Assembly: GCA_963827655.1 (NCBI GenBank)
Contig: CAWHCF010000023.1
Coordinates: 32,001-96,000 of the forward strand
Length of the DNA: 64,000 nt
Direction: 5' to 3'
DNA from: an uncultured Acidobacteriota bacterium
GTDB taxonomy: Bacteria; Acidobacteriota; UBA6911
A program made the position numbers and the translations under genes. Below are positions 1 through 12,229 of this stretch, one piece after another. How positions within the stretch are numbered: the stretch's first letter is position 1; each line of letters begins with the position of its first letter. The notes beneath the pieces were generated by a model that saw nothing but the letters and a program-made list of their open reading frames with translations, did no database searches and had not been told where the DNA came from.

Positions 1-82
1 CAAACCGCCGTGATCCTGGCGGCCCAAGACGGCCGTCGATGACAAAACGCAGCCACCCCAACCCAGAGACTACTCGATCCCG

Positions 83-1153
83 TTGATTGACCTCGCTGGT
101 GAAAAGCAACGGCAGGTGATTGTCGATCGCGAGCCGGGACAGTACCTCGGTCATCCTACGACGGTGTTGCTCGAGGACGGCAAAACGATCATCGCCGTCT
201 ATCCGAAAGGCCACGGGCGCGGCGCGATTCAGATGAAACGCAGTACAGACGGCGGCTTGACGTGGTCGGAACGATTGCCCACGCCAAAAAACTGGGAGAC
301 TTCGCTCGAAACACCGACGATCCATCGCGTGATTGACGCGCGGGGCAGGAAGAGGCTGATTGTCTTTTCCGGTTTGTATCCGATTCGGATGTCGGTTTCC
401 GAAAACGACGGCAAAACATGGAGCGAGCTGAAACCCATCGGCGATGGCGTCAATCACTTCGGGGGCATCGTAGCAATGGGCTTCGTCGAAGCATTGAAGA
501 CGGGCCAAGGCCATTATCTGGCGATGTTCCACGACGACGGACGGTTTTTCCGCAAGGACGGCAAGAAGACTCCCGTGATGACGCTCTATCAAACGATCTC
601 GAAAGACGGAGGGCTGACGTGGTCCGAGCCGCAAGAGATTTTCAAATCGGATCAGATTCACCTGTGCGAGCCGGGGCTGATTCGTTCGCCGGACGGAAAG
701 CAACTGGCGGTGCTGCTGCGCGAAAACAAACGAGACCGCAATTCGCATGTGATCTTCTCGGACGATGAGGCGAAGACGTGGATGCCACCGCGCGAATTGC
801 CAGGCGCGCTGACCGGCGATCGGCACACCGGCAAATACGCGCCCGACGGACGGCTGTTCATCTCCTTCCGCGACACGACACAGGAGAGTCCGACGAAAGG
901 TGACTGGGTCGGTTGGGTCGGGCGTTACGAAGACATTGTCAAAGGCCGCGAAGGCCAGTATCGCGTGCGGCTGATGGACAACCACAAAAACGACAAAGGC
1001 TGGGACGCCGACTGCGCTTATCCCGGCGTCGAGGTGCTCGGCGACGGCACGTTCGTCACTACGACGTATGGACATTGGATCGAAGGCGAGACGCCTTACG
1101 TCGTCAGTGTGCGGCTCACGCTGAAAGAACTTGACCGGAAGGCGAGCCAATGA
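83..1153 (+). CDS. Sialidase/BNR (Asp-box) beta-propeller glycoside hydrolase; N-terminus probably upstream of the window
   Basis: Repeated Asp-boxes (STDGGLTWS, SENDGKTWS, SKDGGLTWS, SDDEAKTW) and C-terminal DCAYPG; signal-peptide-like QTAVILAAQD at the window edge in another frame. Confidence 0.8.
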   Translation: MIDLAGEKQRQVIVDREPGQYLGHPTTVLLEDGKTIIAVYPKGHGRGAIQMKRSTDGGLTWSERLPTPKNWETSLETPTIHRVIDARGRKRLIVFSGLYPIRMSVSENDGKTWSELKPIGDGVNHFGGIVAMGFVEALKTGQGHYLAMFHDDGRFFRKDGKKTPVMTLYQTISKDGGLTWSEPQEIFKSDQIHLCEPGLIRSPDGKQLAVLLRENKRDRNSHVIFSDDEAKTWMPPRELPGALTGDRHTGKYAPDGRLFISFRDTTQESPTKGDWVGWVGRYEDIVKGREGQYRVRLMDNHKNDKGWDADCAYPGVEVLGDGTFVTTTYGHWIEGETPYVVSVRLTLKELDRKASQ

Positions 1154-1245
1154 CTGACAGACTGGAACAAGACAAGAAGAATGTGATGGCGTTCTCTGAC
1201 AAGTCAATGTCAACCCGCCGAGGCCATTGAGAATATGTTGGAGGC
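1150..1245 (+). pseudogene. Remnant of a SnoaL/NTF2-like protein N-terminus
   Basis: ATGA overlap with the sialidase stop; reads MTDRLEQDKKNVMAF then PAEAIE..YVG across frameshifts, resembling SnoaL-like N-termini. Confidence 0.4.
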
Positions 1246-1452
1246 GGAGGGCGCGAAGTCACAGAGCGCCGCGCGTGGCGAGTGGGCGGCGACGCCGGCT
1301 TCACGCGCTATTCTCCGGCGTGCAGTTCGTCGCGGGTCACCTCGCGCAGGTTTCGTGGATATTTGCAAGCCCCGGGGATAGATCGTTCCTTGACAAGTCT
1401 ATGTGTCTCTGACATTGTGAGATCTGTTGGATATCCTGCAAATCGTAAGGCA

Positions 1453-1692
1453 ATGGCGTCTGTTACGAAGATCACAGCCAAGTATCAGGTTACATTACCG
1501 CGCGAGGTCCGCCAGGCCTTGAAGGCGAAGATTGGCGATCTGCTGGTGTTTGTCCGACAAGCGGACGGCACCTTCCGGGTTCGGTCCGTCCCGCCGCGCC
1601 TGACTCAAGCGTTGCGGCTGGCGGGAAAGGATCTGTCGCCTGACGATTTCCGGCGGGTCCACAAAGAGTTTGAAGAAGGATGGGAAAGATGA
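1453..1692 (+). CDS. AbrB/MazE/SpoVT-family antitoxin
   Basis: KITAKYQVTLPREVRQALKAKIGDLL swapped-hairpin motif; ATG at 1453; directly upstream of a PIN gene. Confidence 0.85.
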   Translation: MASVTKITAKYQVTLPREVRQALKAKIGDLLVFVRQADGTFRVRSVPPRLTQALRLAGKDLSPDDFRRVHKEFEEGWER

Positions 1693-1698
1693 AGGGCC

Positions 1699-2151
1699 AT
1701 GAGGAATCCACCGCTGGCCTGTCTGGATGCAAACGTCTTCCTTGCTGTCCTCATTCCTGAATCAACCCGGGTTCCAAGAGAAGAAATCGCCGGGGCGGAA
1801 CGAGTGCTCGGAGCGCTTGAAGAAGGACAACTGCGAGGTATTTCGACTACTATTCTCTTCGGTGAGATTCGCTACGTGTATTTGAGAGAAAACAAGGCTG
1901 GCTTTGAAATCGCCTGCGCGGCCATCGAGGCAGAGGCAAATTTCCAGGCAGTGGCCATAACTGTGCCTCTTGCTATTCATGCGGCCGAACTCAGGAGAAA
2001 GTATTACTCCAAGAAGAATGCTTTTTCCTATAACGATGGTCTCTATCTAGCTACGGGCCTGGCCGAACATGCTGACCTTCTGATCACTACGGATCCTCAC
2101 CTCCTCAATACCGCTGATCTCAAGGCCATTCTGCCGAGCCAGTATCGATAA
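1699..2151 (+). CDS. vapC: PIN-domain (VapC-like) toxin
   Basis: CLDANVFL, conserved E, SYNDGLYLA and LITTD acidic PIN motifs; 150 aa. Confidence 0.85.
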   Translation: MRNPPLACLDANVFLAVLIPESTRVPREEIAGAERVLGALEEGQLRGISTTILFGEIRYVYLRENKAGFEIACAAIEAEANFQAVAITVPLAIHAAELRRKYYSKKNAFSYNDGLYLATGLAEHADLLITTDPHLLNTADLKAILPSQYR

Positions 2152-2213
2152 GGCCTAATTCCTCTCCCGATCCTCGAAATCTGTCGGCGCATCCGCGCAG
2201 GCAAGAGCGTCCT

Positions 2214-3794
2214 TTACTTCTGAAGAAGGGTCCGGGCATGTGATTCCACTTCCATCGCTTCCTTATTTCGCTTCATTTTGCGAAGGGCGAGAGCGAGTTT
2301 CTGCAGAGAGTCAGCTAATTCCGGGTTCTCAGGTCCAAGGGTTTTTTCCAGGATGGCCAGTGCCCTTCGGTATAGCGATTCAGCTTCAGAATGGCGTTTC
2401 TGCGCGTAGCAAGTTGCCGCCAGCTTCAACAAAGTACGAGCTACCCACGGATGTTCCACGCCTAAGGCTTTTTCCCGGATAGCCAGCGATCGGCGGAGAA
2501 GCAGCTCAGCCTGCGCGTGCCGGCCCTGATCCTGTTGAAGCAGTGCGAGACTCTCCAGGCTGTGGGTCAAGTCGGGATGGTTCGGACCAAGAGCTTTTTC
2601 TCGGATGGCCAGTGCGCGCCGGTGGAGAAGTTCAGAGTTGACGGGCTGCCTTCGCGCCTGCACCAGGTTTGCCAGATTGTTAAGAATACTGGCCACTTCA
2701 GGGTGGTCTGGTCCTAGAGCTTTTTCGCACATGGCCAGGGATCGCCGCAAGAGCCGTTCTGCCTCGGCATAACGGCCTTGAATTCCATAGAGTGTTGCCA
2801 GGTTGTTGAGACCTATTGCCAGCTCTACACCTTCCCCCAATGCCTTTTCTCGAATCTCGGCGGCACGCAAAAAGAGGGGCTCTGCCTCGACATACCTTTT
2901 CTGTTCGTGATAGAGCGCCGCCAGGTTGTTTAGAGCGATGGCGACTTCGGGATGATGCGGCCCGTGGGTCTTCTCGATTATAGCCAGGGCCCGCCGGAAA
3001 AGTGATTCGGACAACACGTATTTTCCGAGAACACCGTAGAGCGTTGCCAGGTTGGTGAGAGTCGTCGCCAAATCGGGGTGCTGCAAGCCCAAAGTCTTTT
3101 CTTGCACCGCAAGAGCCCGGAGGAAGACTTGCTCGGCTTCTTCATACCGACCCTGATTGTGGTAGAGGACCGCCAGATTATTGAGCGTGCTGGCAACCTC
3201 GCGATGTTCCGATCCCAGGGTTTTCTCATTAATGGCCAGCGCTCGTTTGTAGAGCGGTTCCACTTCTTTATAACGGGCCTGGGCAGAGTACACGGCGGCC
3301 AAGCTATTCAGAGTCATCGCCACATCCGTATGTTCCGGACCCAGTGCCTTCTCACGGATGCCCAGGGATCGGCGGTAGTAAGCCTCGGCCTGATCGTACA
3401 AACGCTGATTAAGACAAACGAATGCCAGGTTATCTAGAACCGTGGCCAGGTCGGTATGATTCGTTTCCGGAATCGTGTCCCAAATAGTCAATGCCCTCTG
3501 AAGAAGCCTCAGGGCCTGGGTATACTTCCCCTGATTTCTGTACAGGGCGGCAAGATTGTTCAGACTATTCGCCAGACGAGGATTTCGAACTCCTGACTTT
3601 TCGGCCTCGCCCAGGGCCTCGAGGTAGCTCTTTTCAGCTTCCGCATAGCGGCCCTCCTTGCTGAGTTGATCACCGGCTTTGGTGGCTTTTTCCCAAGGAG
3701 TCTCTTGAGCCGCAATACCCGACCAGGAAGCCAGGGCTAAGGCTGTCACCAGGATCCAAGGGTTCCGAGATTCCTTGCTGCTGTCTTGGGCCAT
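2214..3794 (-). CDS. Exported tetratricopeptide-repeat protein (kinesin-light-chain-like 42-aa TPRs)
   Basis: About 10 repeats of LNNLAxLY..QGRY.EAE.L..RAL.I.EK.LG..HP; signal peptide after MAQD start. Confidence 0.9.
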   Translation of the reverse strand: MAQDSSKESRNPWILVTALALASWSGIAAQETPWEKATKAGDQLSKEGRYAEAEKSYLEALGEAEKSGVRNPRLANSLNNLAALYRNQGKYTQALRLLQRALTIWDTIPETNHTDLATVLDNLAFVCLNQRLYDQAEAYYRRSLGIREKALGPEHTDVAMTLNSLAAVYSAQARYKEVEPLYKRALAINEKTLGSEHREVASTLNNLAVLYHNQGRYEEAEQVFLRALAVQEKTLGLQHPDLATTLTNLATLYGVLGKYVLSESLFRRALAIIEKTHGPHHPEVAIALNNLAALYHEQKRYVEAEPLFLRAAEIREKALGEGVELAIGLNNLATLYGIQGRYAEAERLLRRSLAMCEKALGPDHPEVASILNNLANLVQARRQPVNSELLHRRALAIREKALGPNHPDLTHSLESLALLQQDQGRHAQAELLLRRSLAIREKALGVEHPWVARTLLKLAATCYAQKRHSEAESLYRRALAILEKTLGPENPELADSLQKLALALRKMKRNKEAMEVESHARTLLQK

Positions 3795-4060
3795 CGTGAT
3801 CTCGATCCTCCAAACACGCCTTCTTCTCGGCCCCCTCGAGTTATCGAGCGCGATCACGGCTGATCTGGTAATGCGAATCGCGACGAAACATTTGGGAGCG
3901 ATTCACGGACTCCCACGCGAGCCCTCTGCGCCGGCAACCCCAATCGACCTCAGCGCGGGTCCAGGTTTTTTAAGATTCTGGCTAACTCCGGATGTTCTGC
4001 TCTCCGGGGTTAAACCCCACGCATTTCTCAGTTTCACCCCAGTGAGTTAGCCGTTGTTCC

Positions 4061-5242
4061 TCAATCGAGCAGTTTCATGAAGGCCACGATGTCGGCCTGG
4101 TCCTGCGCCGTCAGGATCACCGCCGGGTCGCCATCGACCGAAGGGTCGGTGACAATCGCAAAGAAAATTGCGTAGTGCGCCGCGACGTCCTCGAGCGTCT
4201 TCGCAGAATTGTCGTGAAAGTAGGGCGCGGTGAGGCGGACTCCCCGGAGCGAAGGGATCTTGAAGGCGTCCACGTTATCGAAGGGGAAGATACGCGAATC
4301 CCCGGTGATGAGCGCCCGCCCGGGGTCGGGGCTTCTCACGACCGTCGTGGTTCCGTCCGGGTTTCTGAAAAGAAAATCCCTGACCGGGTTTCCGGCGGCG
4401 TTCAGCGCGGACACGAGCACGTCCTGAAAACGCGAGCCGGGCGGCAGCGGAAGGGGGAAAAACTGGTTGGTTTGGTTCAGCATGGGGCCGCTGTGGCACG
4501 TGGCACAGATCCCGGGCTTCGAGCTACCAGAGCCCCCGACATCCTCAAAGAAGAGCCGGCCTCGCCTTTCGGCGTCCGTCGCGCCCTGCGGCAACCCTGG
4601 AGCAGGACCTCCACGGGCGAATCGCATCAGCTCGCTCGAGGTGAAGAATGCGTCCGTCAGCTGAAACTGCGCGATCCGCCGGAGGTCGCTTTCGCTCGGT
4701 TCCTCGGTATGTTGAGTGTGGGCGCGAATGGCACCCAGGGCCTGGGTCTGGAGGTTGCGCTCACGCCCGTCGTACATTAGTACCGGGTCAAGCGCGGGCG
4801 TGTTGAGCGTGGTCGGAATACCCCGCCTCAGGACCACCGACCGGGCGCGAGGGTCATCGGCCAGGCTCACGTTCGGAGGCAGAGGTATTTCCATAAGGAT
4901 GGTTGCATCCGAGAGCATCCGCCTGACGCCGTGGCCAAGCCCGTCATCGCTGCCATCATGTACGAAAAGCGGATCCCTCGGATTCTCCGCGTGTCGCATC
5001 TGGGCGTCCCGCGGAGACACTGTTCCTGTGGTGCGGCTGTGGCAGGTCAGGCAGGTGCGCCCATTGCCTCCGAATGTCTCCCGCTCGAACAGGTGCTTGC
5101 CATCCTTCCGGTTGCCAACACTGTTGCCCTGTGCCGGGCTAGACCTGGAGCCTGTGATCGTGATCAGGCCAACTATCAATCCTGTAATGAGCAACGTCAG
5201 AAAGAATGACGGTTGTTCGTTTGAGGTTTTCAGGTGGTTCAT
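4061..5242 (-). CDS. Di-haem cytochrome c peroxidase/MauG-superfamily protein
   Basis: Two CxxCH motifs (CLTCH, CATCH); FKIPSLRGVRLTAPYFHD motif; N-terminal hydrophobic segment. Confidence 0.8.
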   Translation of the reverse strand: MNHLKTSNEQPSFFLTLLITGLIVGLITITGSRSSPAQGNSVGNRKDGKHLFERETFGGNGRTCLTCHSRTTGTVSPRDAQMRHAENPRDPLFVHDGSDDGLGHGVRRMLSDATILMEIPLPPNVSLADDPRARSVVLRRGIPTTLNTPALDPVLMYDGRERNLQTQALGAIRAHTQHTEEPSESDLRRIAQFQLTDAFFTSSELMRFARGGPAPGLPQGATDAERRGRLFFEDVGGSGSSKPGICATCHSGPMLNQTNQFFPLPLPPGSRFQDVLVSALNAAGNPVRDFLFRNPDGTTTVVRSPDPGRALITGDSRIFPFDNVDAFKIPSLRGVRLTAPYFHDNSAKTLEDVAAHYAIFFAIVTDPSVDGDPAVILTAQDQADIVAFMKLLD

Positions 5243-5661
5243 GACTTTGACCTTTCTTTCGGGTAGTTAAGCCTTTCAGCCACAAACGTTGAAGGCAGTC
5301 CGGTTCATCTCCTGAACAAACCGCGGTTGAATGCGTTACGGAAGTGCCGTTGGCCATGTTGGGTGTGCGTCGGCCTCTATACAGTAAAGCAATATTTCGG
5401 TGAGAAACGGATCACGCGGGGGCGACATTTTTAGTACGAGAGACGTTTTCTGTTGAAGCAGCCTTGCGGAATGACAAGTGGATTCAGCGCGAGCGCGCTG
5501 TTGCCGAAACGCGACGCGCCTTGGACCGAGCAGGGGGATTCTGGCCGCTATCCGCGGTCGAGCCCAAGTCGACTGAATCCGCTATTCATGCACCATGACA
5601 AAGAGATAAAATCGAACCACTCTTATTAAAGACCGGCTGACACAATCGGGCGGACGATGCG

Positions 5662-6222
5662 ATGCCAAAGGCTCAAGACCCGACCCAAATGCTCCTCGAC
5701 TTGACTGCCGGCCAGCGAGCGGCGCTGGACGAGTTAATGCCGCTTGTCTACGATGAACTGCGCCGGCTGGCCGATCGCTATCTTCAGAACGAGCGTCCTG
5801 ACCATACCCTGCAGACCACGGCGCTGGTGCACGAAGCCTATCTGCGACTGATAGATCAGACCGGCGTCAACTGGCAGAATCGAGCCCATTTCATCGGCAT
5901 TGCCGCCCATTTAATGCGGCAGATCCTGGTCAATCATGCCGTCGCTCATAAGCGGGGCAAGCGCGGAGGCGGCGAGTACAAACTGTCGCTGGAGGAAGCG
6001 GCTGATTGGCCGGACGAGGTCGAAGTGGACTTGATTGCGCTCGACGACGCTCTGAATGGGTTGGCCGCTATCGATGCGCAGCAAAGTCAGATCGTCGAGA
6101 TCCGCTTCTTTGGCGGGCTTACTGTCGAAGAGACGGCGGAAGCTCTCGGCCTGTCAACCGCCACGGTCAAGCGCGAGTGGCGCACAGCCAAGGCCTGGCT
6201 CCATAACCAGATCAAAAGATGA
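5662..6222 (+). CDS. ECF sigma-70 factor of the kinase-associated (TIGR02999-like) type
   Basis: LMPLVYDELRRLA, HTLQTTALVHEAYLRL, RFFGGLTVEETA..TVKREW. Confidence 0.92.
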   Translation: MPKAQDPTQMLLDLTAGQRAALDELMPLVYDELRRLADRYLQNERPDHTLQTTALVHEAYLRLIDQTGVNWQNRAHFIGIAAHLMRQILVNHAVAHKRGKRGGGEYKLSLEEAADWPDEVEVDLIALDDALNGLAAIDAQQSQIVEIRFFGGLTVEETAEALGLSTATVKREWRTAKAWLHNQIKR

Positions 6223-6263
6223 ATGATTTTTGATCGATCACCAATCGGCCCAACGCCAGTCAT

Positions 6264-9019
<2,756 letters not shown>

Positions 9020-9298
9020 GCGGCAAGAATCTTGGCGGTTGCGCTCACGGCCTTTGTGCTCACAGAAGACGGCCTCGGGCACTGGCAAGCGGCCGCGTGC
9101 CTGAGCCGAGACACTTGTGCATCGCCCCTGACCGGCGCCTCGGAGCGACGTCGGGAGGAGCAGGCTTCAAATGATGTTGAGAGGCAGGCGTATGTCTACA
9201 TGAGCCTGACGGACGACCGGCAGCATTCGGCAACAATGAACCATAAGTCCGGAAAGGGCACTGTGGCGGAATTTTGGTATCACCAGCTGCGGCTAAGC

Positions 9299-10459
9299 TC
9301 ATTTGGATCGCTCAGCCATCTGGTGCAAGCGCTCGATCAGCCACGGGAGATTGCAGGAGGCCCGCTTCGCGTCGCCGGTAGGCTTGCTGGTTCTGGTGAC
9401 AAGAAATCTGCGCGTCGCGTCGATCATGTCGGCGGCTCTGTTCAGTGAGTCCATGTCCTCTGGACGGGGCGAGGACGTGAGTTTAACCTCGATGGCCCAG
9501 CGTTCGCGGCCGACCTCCAGGACCAGGTCCAGCTCGTAGTGATCGCTGGTCCGGAAGTAGTAGGGACGGACGCTCTCCCCGTGCGCGGACATTTCCCCGA
9601 TGATTTGTTCGATTACGAAGCCTTCCCAACTCGCCCCAACCCATGGCTGCGCGAGAAGCGACCGCTCGTCGCGGACGTTCAGCAGGGCATGTAGTAGCCC
9701 GGTGTCGCGCCAGTACACCCGGGGACTCTTGACAAGCCGCTTGCGGATATTCGCCTGATAAGCGGGCACGCGCCGGATTAAGAACGCTCCCTCGAGGTAG
9801 TCCAGGTAACTGTTCACCGTGTGGTAGGACAGCCCGAGGCTCTGGCCGACCTGAGATGCGTTCCAGACCTGCCCGTGCAGCGCCGCGAGCATCCGCATCA
9901 AGCGGTCCGTCGCCTGGGGTTTGCTCGGCAGGCCCCACGTAGGCAGGTCGCGTTGCCCCAACAGCGCCAGATAGTCCAGTTGCCACTGAGGATAGCGCGC
10001 GGGTTCCAGCACACCGCCATCGGGGTATCCGCCACAGAGCCACAGACGTCCGCGCGACGTTTTCGTGGCCAACTCGTTCCACAGGAGCGGCGTCAGTTCC
10101 ACCAGCGACAGGCGTCCCGCGAGCGACTCGGATACGCGAACCATCAACGAGGGTGAAACGGAACCGAGGAGAAGAAACCTCCTCGTTCGCTTGCGTTCCC
10201 GGTCGATCGCGCCGCGCAGGCGCGGGAACACCTCGGGCCAAGACTGGGCTTCGTCGAGAATGACCAGGTCGTTGGCAGCCGTCAGGTCGTCCATTTCAGA
10301 TCCGCCCGCAGCCGCTCGATTCCTGTTCCAGGTCGAAGTAGTCGCCCCCAAGAGAGAGAGCCAGGGTCGTCTTCCCGCACTGGCGGGGGCCAATAATGCA
10401 ACGGCCGGATATGAAGCCGAGCGCGTGAGTAACGCTGGCTGGACTTGTCGCGCAAGCAT
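9299..10459 (-). CDS. AAA_14 ATPase with DUF4143 and C-terminal PD-(D/E)xK-like motif
   Basis: Walker A GPRQCGKTT lies in an alternate frame (compensating indels near 10330-10395); LDEAQ, GGYP, KSPRVYWRDTGL, ELDLVL..AIEVK. Confidence 0.85.
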   Translation of the reverse strand: MLARQVQPALLTRSASYPAVALLAPASAGRRPWLSLLGATTSTWNRNRAAAGGSEMDDLTAANDLVILDEAQSWPEVFPRLRGAIDRERKRTRRFLLLGSVSPSLMVRVSESLAGRLSLVELTPLLWNELATKTSRGRLWLCGGYPDGGVLEPARYPQWQLDYLALLGQRDLPTWGLPSKPQATDRLMRMLAALHGQVWNASQVGQSLGLSYHTVNSYLDYLEGAFLIRRVPAYQANIRKRLVKSPRVYWRDTGLLHALLNVRDERSLLAQPWVGASWEGFVIEQIIGEMSAHGESVRPYYFRTSDHYELDLVLEVGRERWAIEVKLTSSPRPEDMDSLNRAADMIDATRRFLVTRTSKPTGDAKRASCNLPWLIERLHQMAERSK

Positions 10460-10466
10460 ATTTTGT

Positions 10467-10494
10467 ATTTTAGAATCGTATTTCTATTTTGCAA
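10467..10494 (-). promoter_or_regulatory. Sigma70-like promoter, probably giving a leaderless transcript
   Basis: TTGCAA-N16-TAAAAT with ATG 7 nt downstream of the -10. Confidence 0.55.
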
Positions 10495-10795
10495 GGATTC
10501 TCTTTATCGAGAGAAGGATAAGAGATGGCATAGCTGGGGCGTCAGATTGCGGGTCCATGGATCAATTCAGGATGATGCCCCAGGCGTCCACAACGTTCTT
10601 GTCGCGCGAAACGCGCGAGTGGCCGGAAAGACGAACCCCGCCGGGAGAACCGCCTTCAGATCATTTCGATGACTCTGCAGGAAGGCGTAAAACTGATTTT
10701 GGGGCGAGCAAGCCGCTCAGAGAAAGACGTAATGCGGGAAACAAAAATACCACCAGGACACTAAGACACGAAGAAACACCGGGAAGCTTTACGAT

Positions 10796-12229
10796 TCAGC
10801 CCTTTCTCAGTTTCTCCATCAGATCTGTCTTGCCCCCGACATCGGTCAGGCGGAAATTCCGCCCGAGGTAGGGATAAGTCAGCCTGGTGTGGTCCAGGCC
10901 GAGCAGGCCGAGAATCGACGCGTGCAGATCGTGCAAGTGGACCGGATCCTCTGCCGCCCGGAGACCGAGTTCGTCCGTAGAGCCAATGACCCTGCCGCCC
11001 TTTACACCGCCGCCGGCCATCCAGATCGTGAAGCCGTACGGGTTATGGTCGCGGCCATCCGAGCCGCCCGCGCCGCCGTCCGAAGTCGGGCTACGACCGA
11101 ATTCGCCGCCCCAGATCACCAGCGTGGAGTCCAGGAGGCCGCGGGATTTCAGGTCCGCAAGCAGCCCGGCGACCGCCTTGTCGGTCTGGGCGGCTCTGGC
11201 TTGATGGTTCTGGTCGCACTGCGTATGGCCATCCCAGTCGGTGGCGTTCATTCCATCGCCGTTCCACACCTGCACGAAACGGACGCCGCGCTCCACCAGA
11301 CGGCGCGCCAACAGACAGCGGCCGCCGAAGTCCGCGCTGATCGGATCGTCCAAGCCGTACAGCTTCTTGGTGGCTTCGGATTCGCTGCTGACATCAGTCG
11401 CTTCCGGCGCCGACATCTGCATGCGGAACGCCAGCTCGTAGGACTCGATGCCGCGCGGCCAGCTCCGAATCACGGTTCCGCGCATCGAGGTGCTGCTCGT
11501 TCATCGCCCGCAGAGTATCCAGCAGATCGCGCTGCTCCTCCTGATTCATGCCGGCCGGACGGTTGAGATTGAGGATCGGATTCCGGCCCGCCCGGAACGT
11601 CGTCCCCTGATATGCCGCCGGGAGAAACCCCTGCCCGTAAACCGCCGGACCGGACCGGACGCCCCCCTGGAGCAGAACCACGAAACCCGGAAGGTTCTGG
11701 TTCTCGGTCCCCAAGCCATACAGAATCCACGAGCCGAGGCTGGGCCGGCCAATGCGCGCCCAGCCGTTGTTGATCAGGAACTGCGCCTGCGAGTGCGTGA
11801 AGCCCTCGTGGTAGCAGGAGCGGATCACGGCAATGTCATCGACTCGTTGCGCAATGTGAGGAAACAGATCCGACACTTCGAGGCCGGACTGCGCCATATT
11901 TCTTGAAAGTCCGTTTGGAGCCGAGGATCACCAGGTTCCGGAATTTGCCGTTCTGGAAGTCTTCATCGCCGAAGCTCGCCGGCGGGTGCTGGCCGTGGAG
12001 CTTGGTCAGCAGCGGTTTCGGATCGAAGGTGTCGACCTGGCTTGGCCCGCCCTGCATGAACAGATGGATCACGCTTTTTGCGGTGGCGGGTAGCGGCGGC
12101 GTTTTCGGAGACAGCGGACTGGGTGTGCTTGCCACGCCGGCTCGATTGCAACAAATCCATCGCGCGAGCCAGGCCAGATCCGAGGCCTGACGTCTGAAGG
12201 AACTTCCGGCGCGAACTGTCAATCGACAT
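10796..12229 (-). CDS. DUF1501 family protein with Tat-like signal (frameshifted)
   Basis: SRRKFL; [23 protein letters not shown]; [11 protein letters not shown]; WGGEFGRSP; GRDHNP. Confidence 0.88.

Noticed and set aside
2214-3794. Nucleotide-level periodic repeats
   Set aside because: Explained by 42-aa TPR coding repeats.
9020-9298. Possible ncRNA or small gene between the kinase and the AAA gene
   Set aside because: No convincing promoter, stable structure or coding signal recognised.
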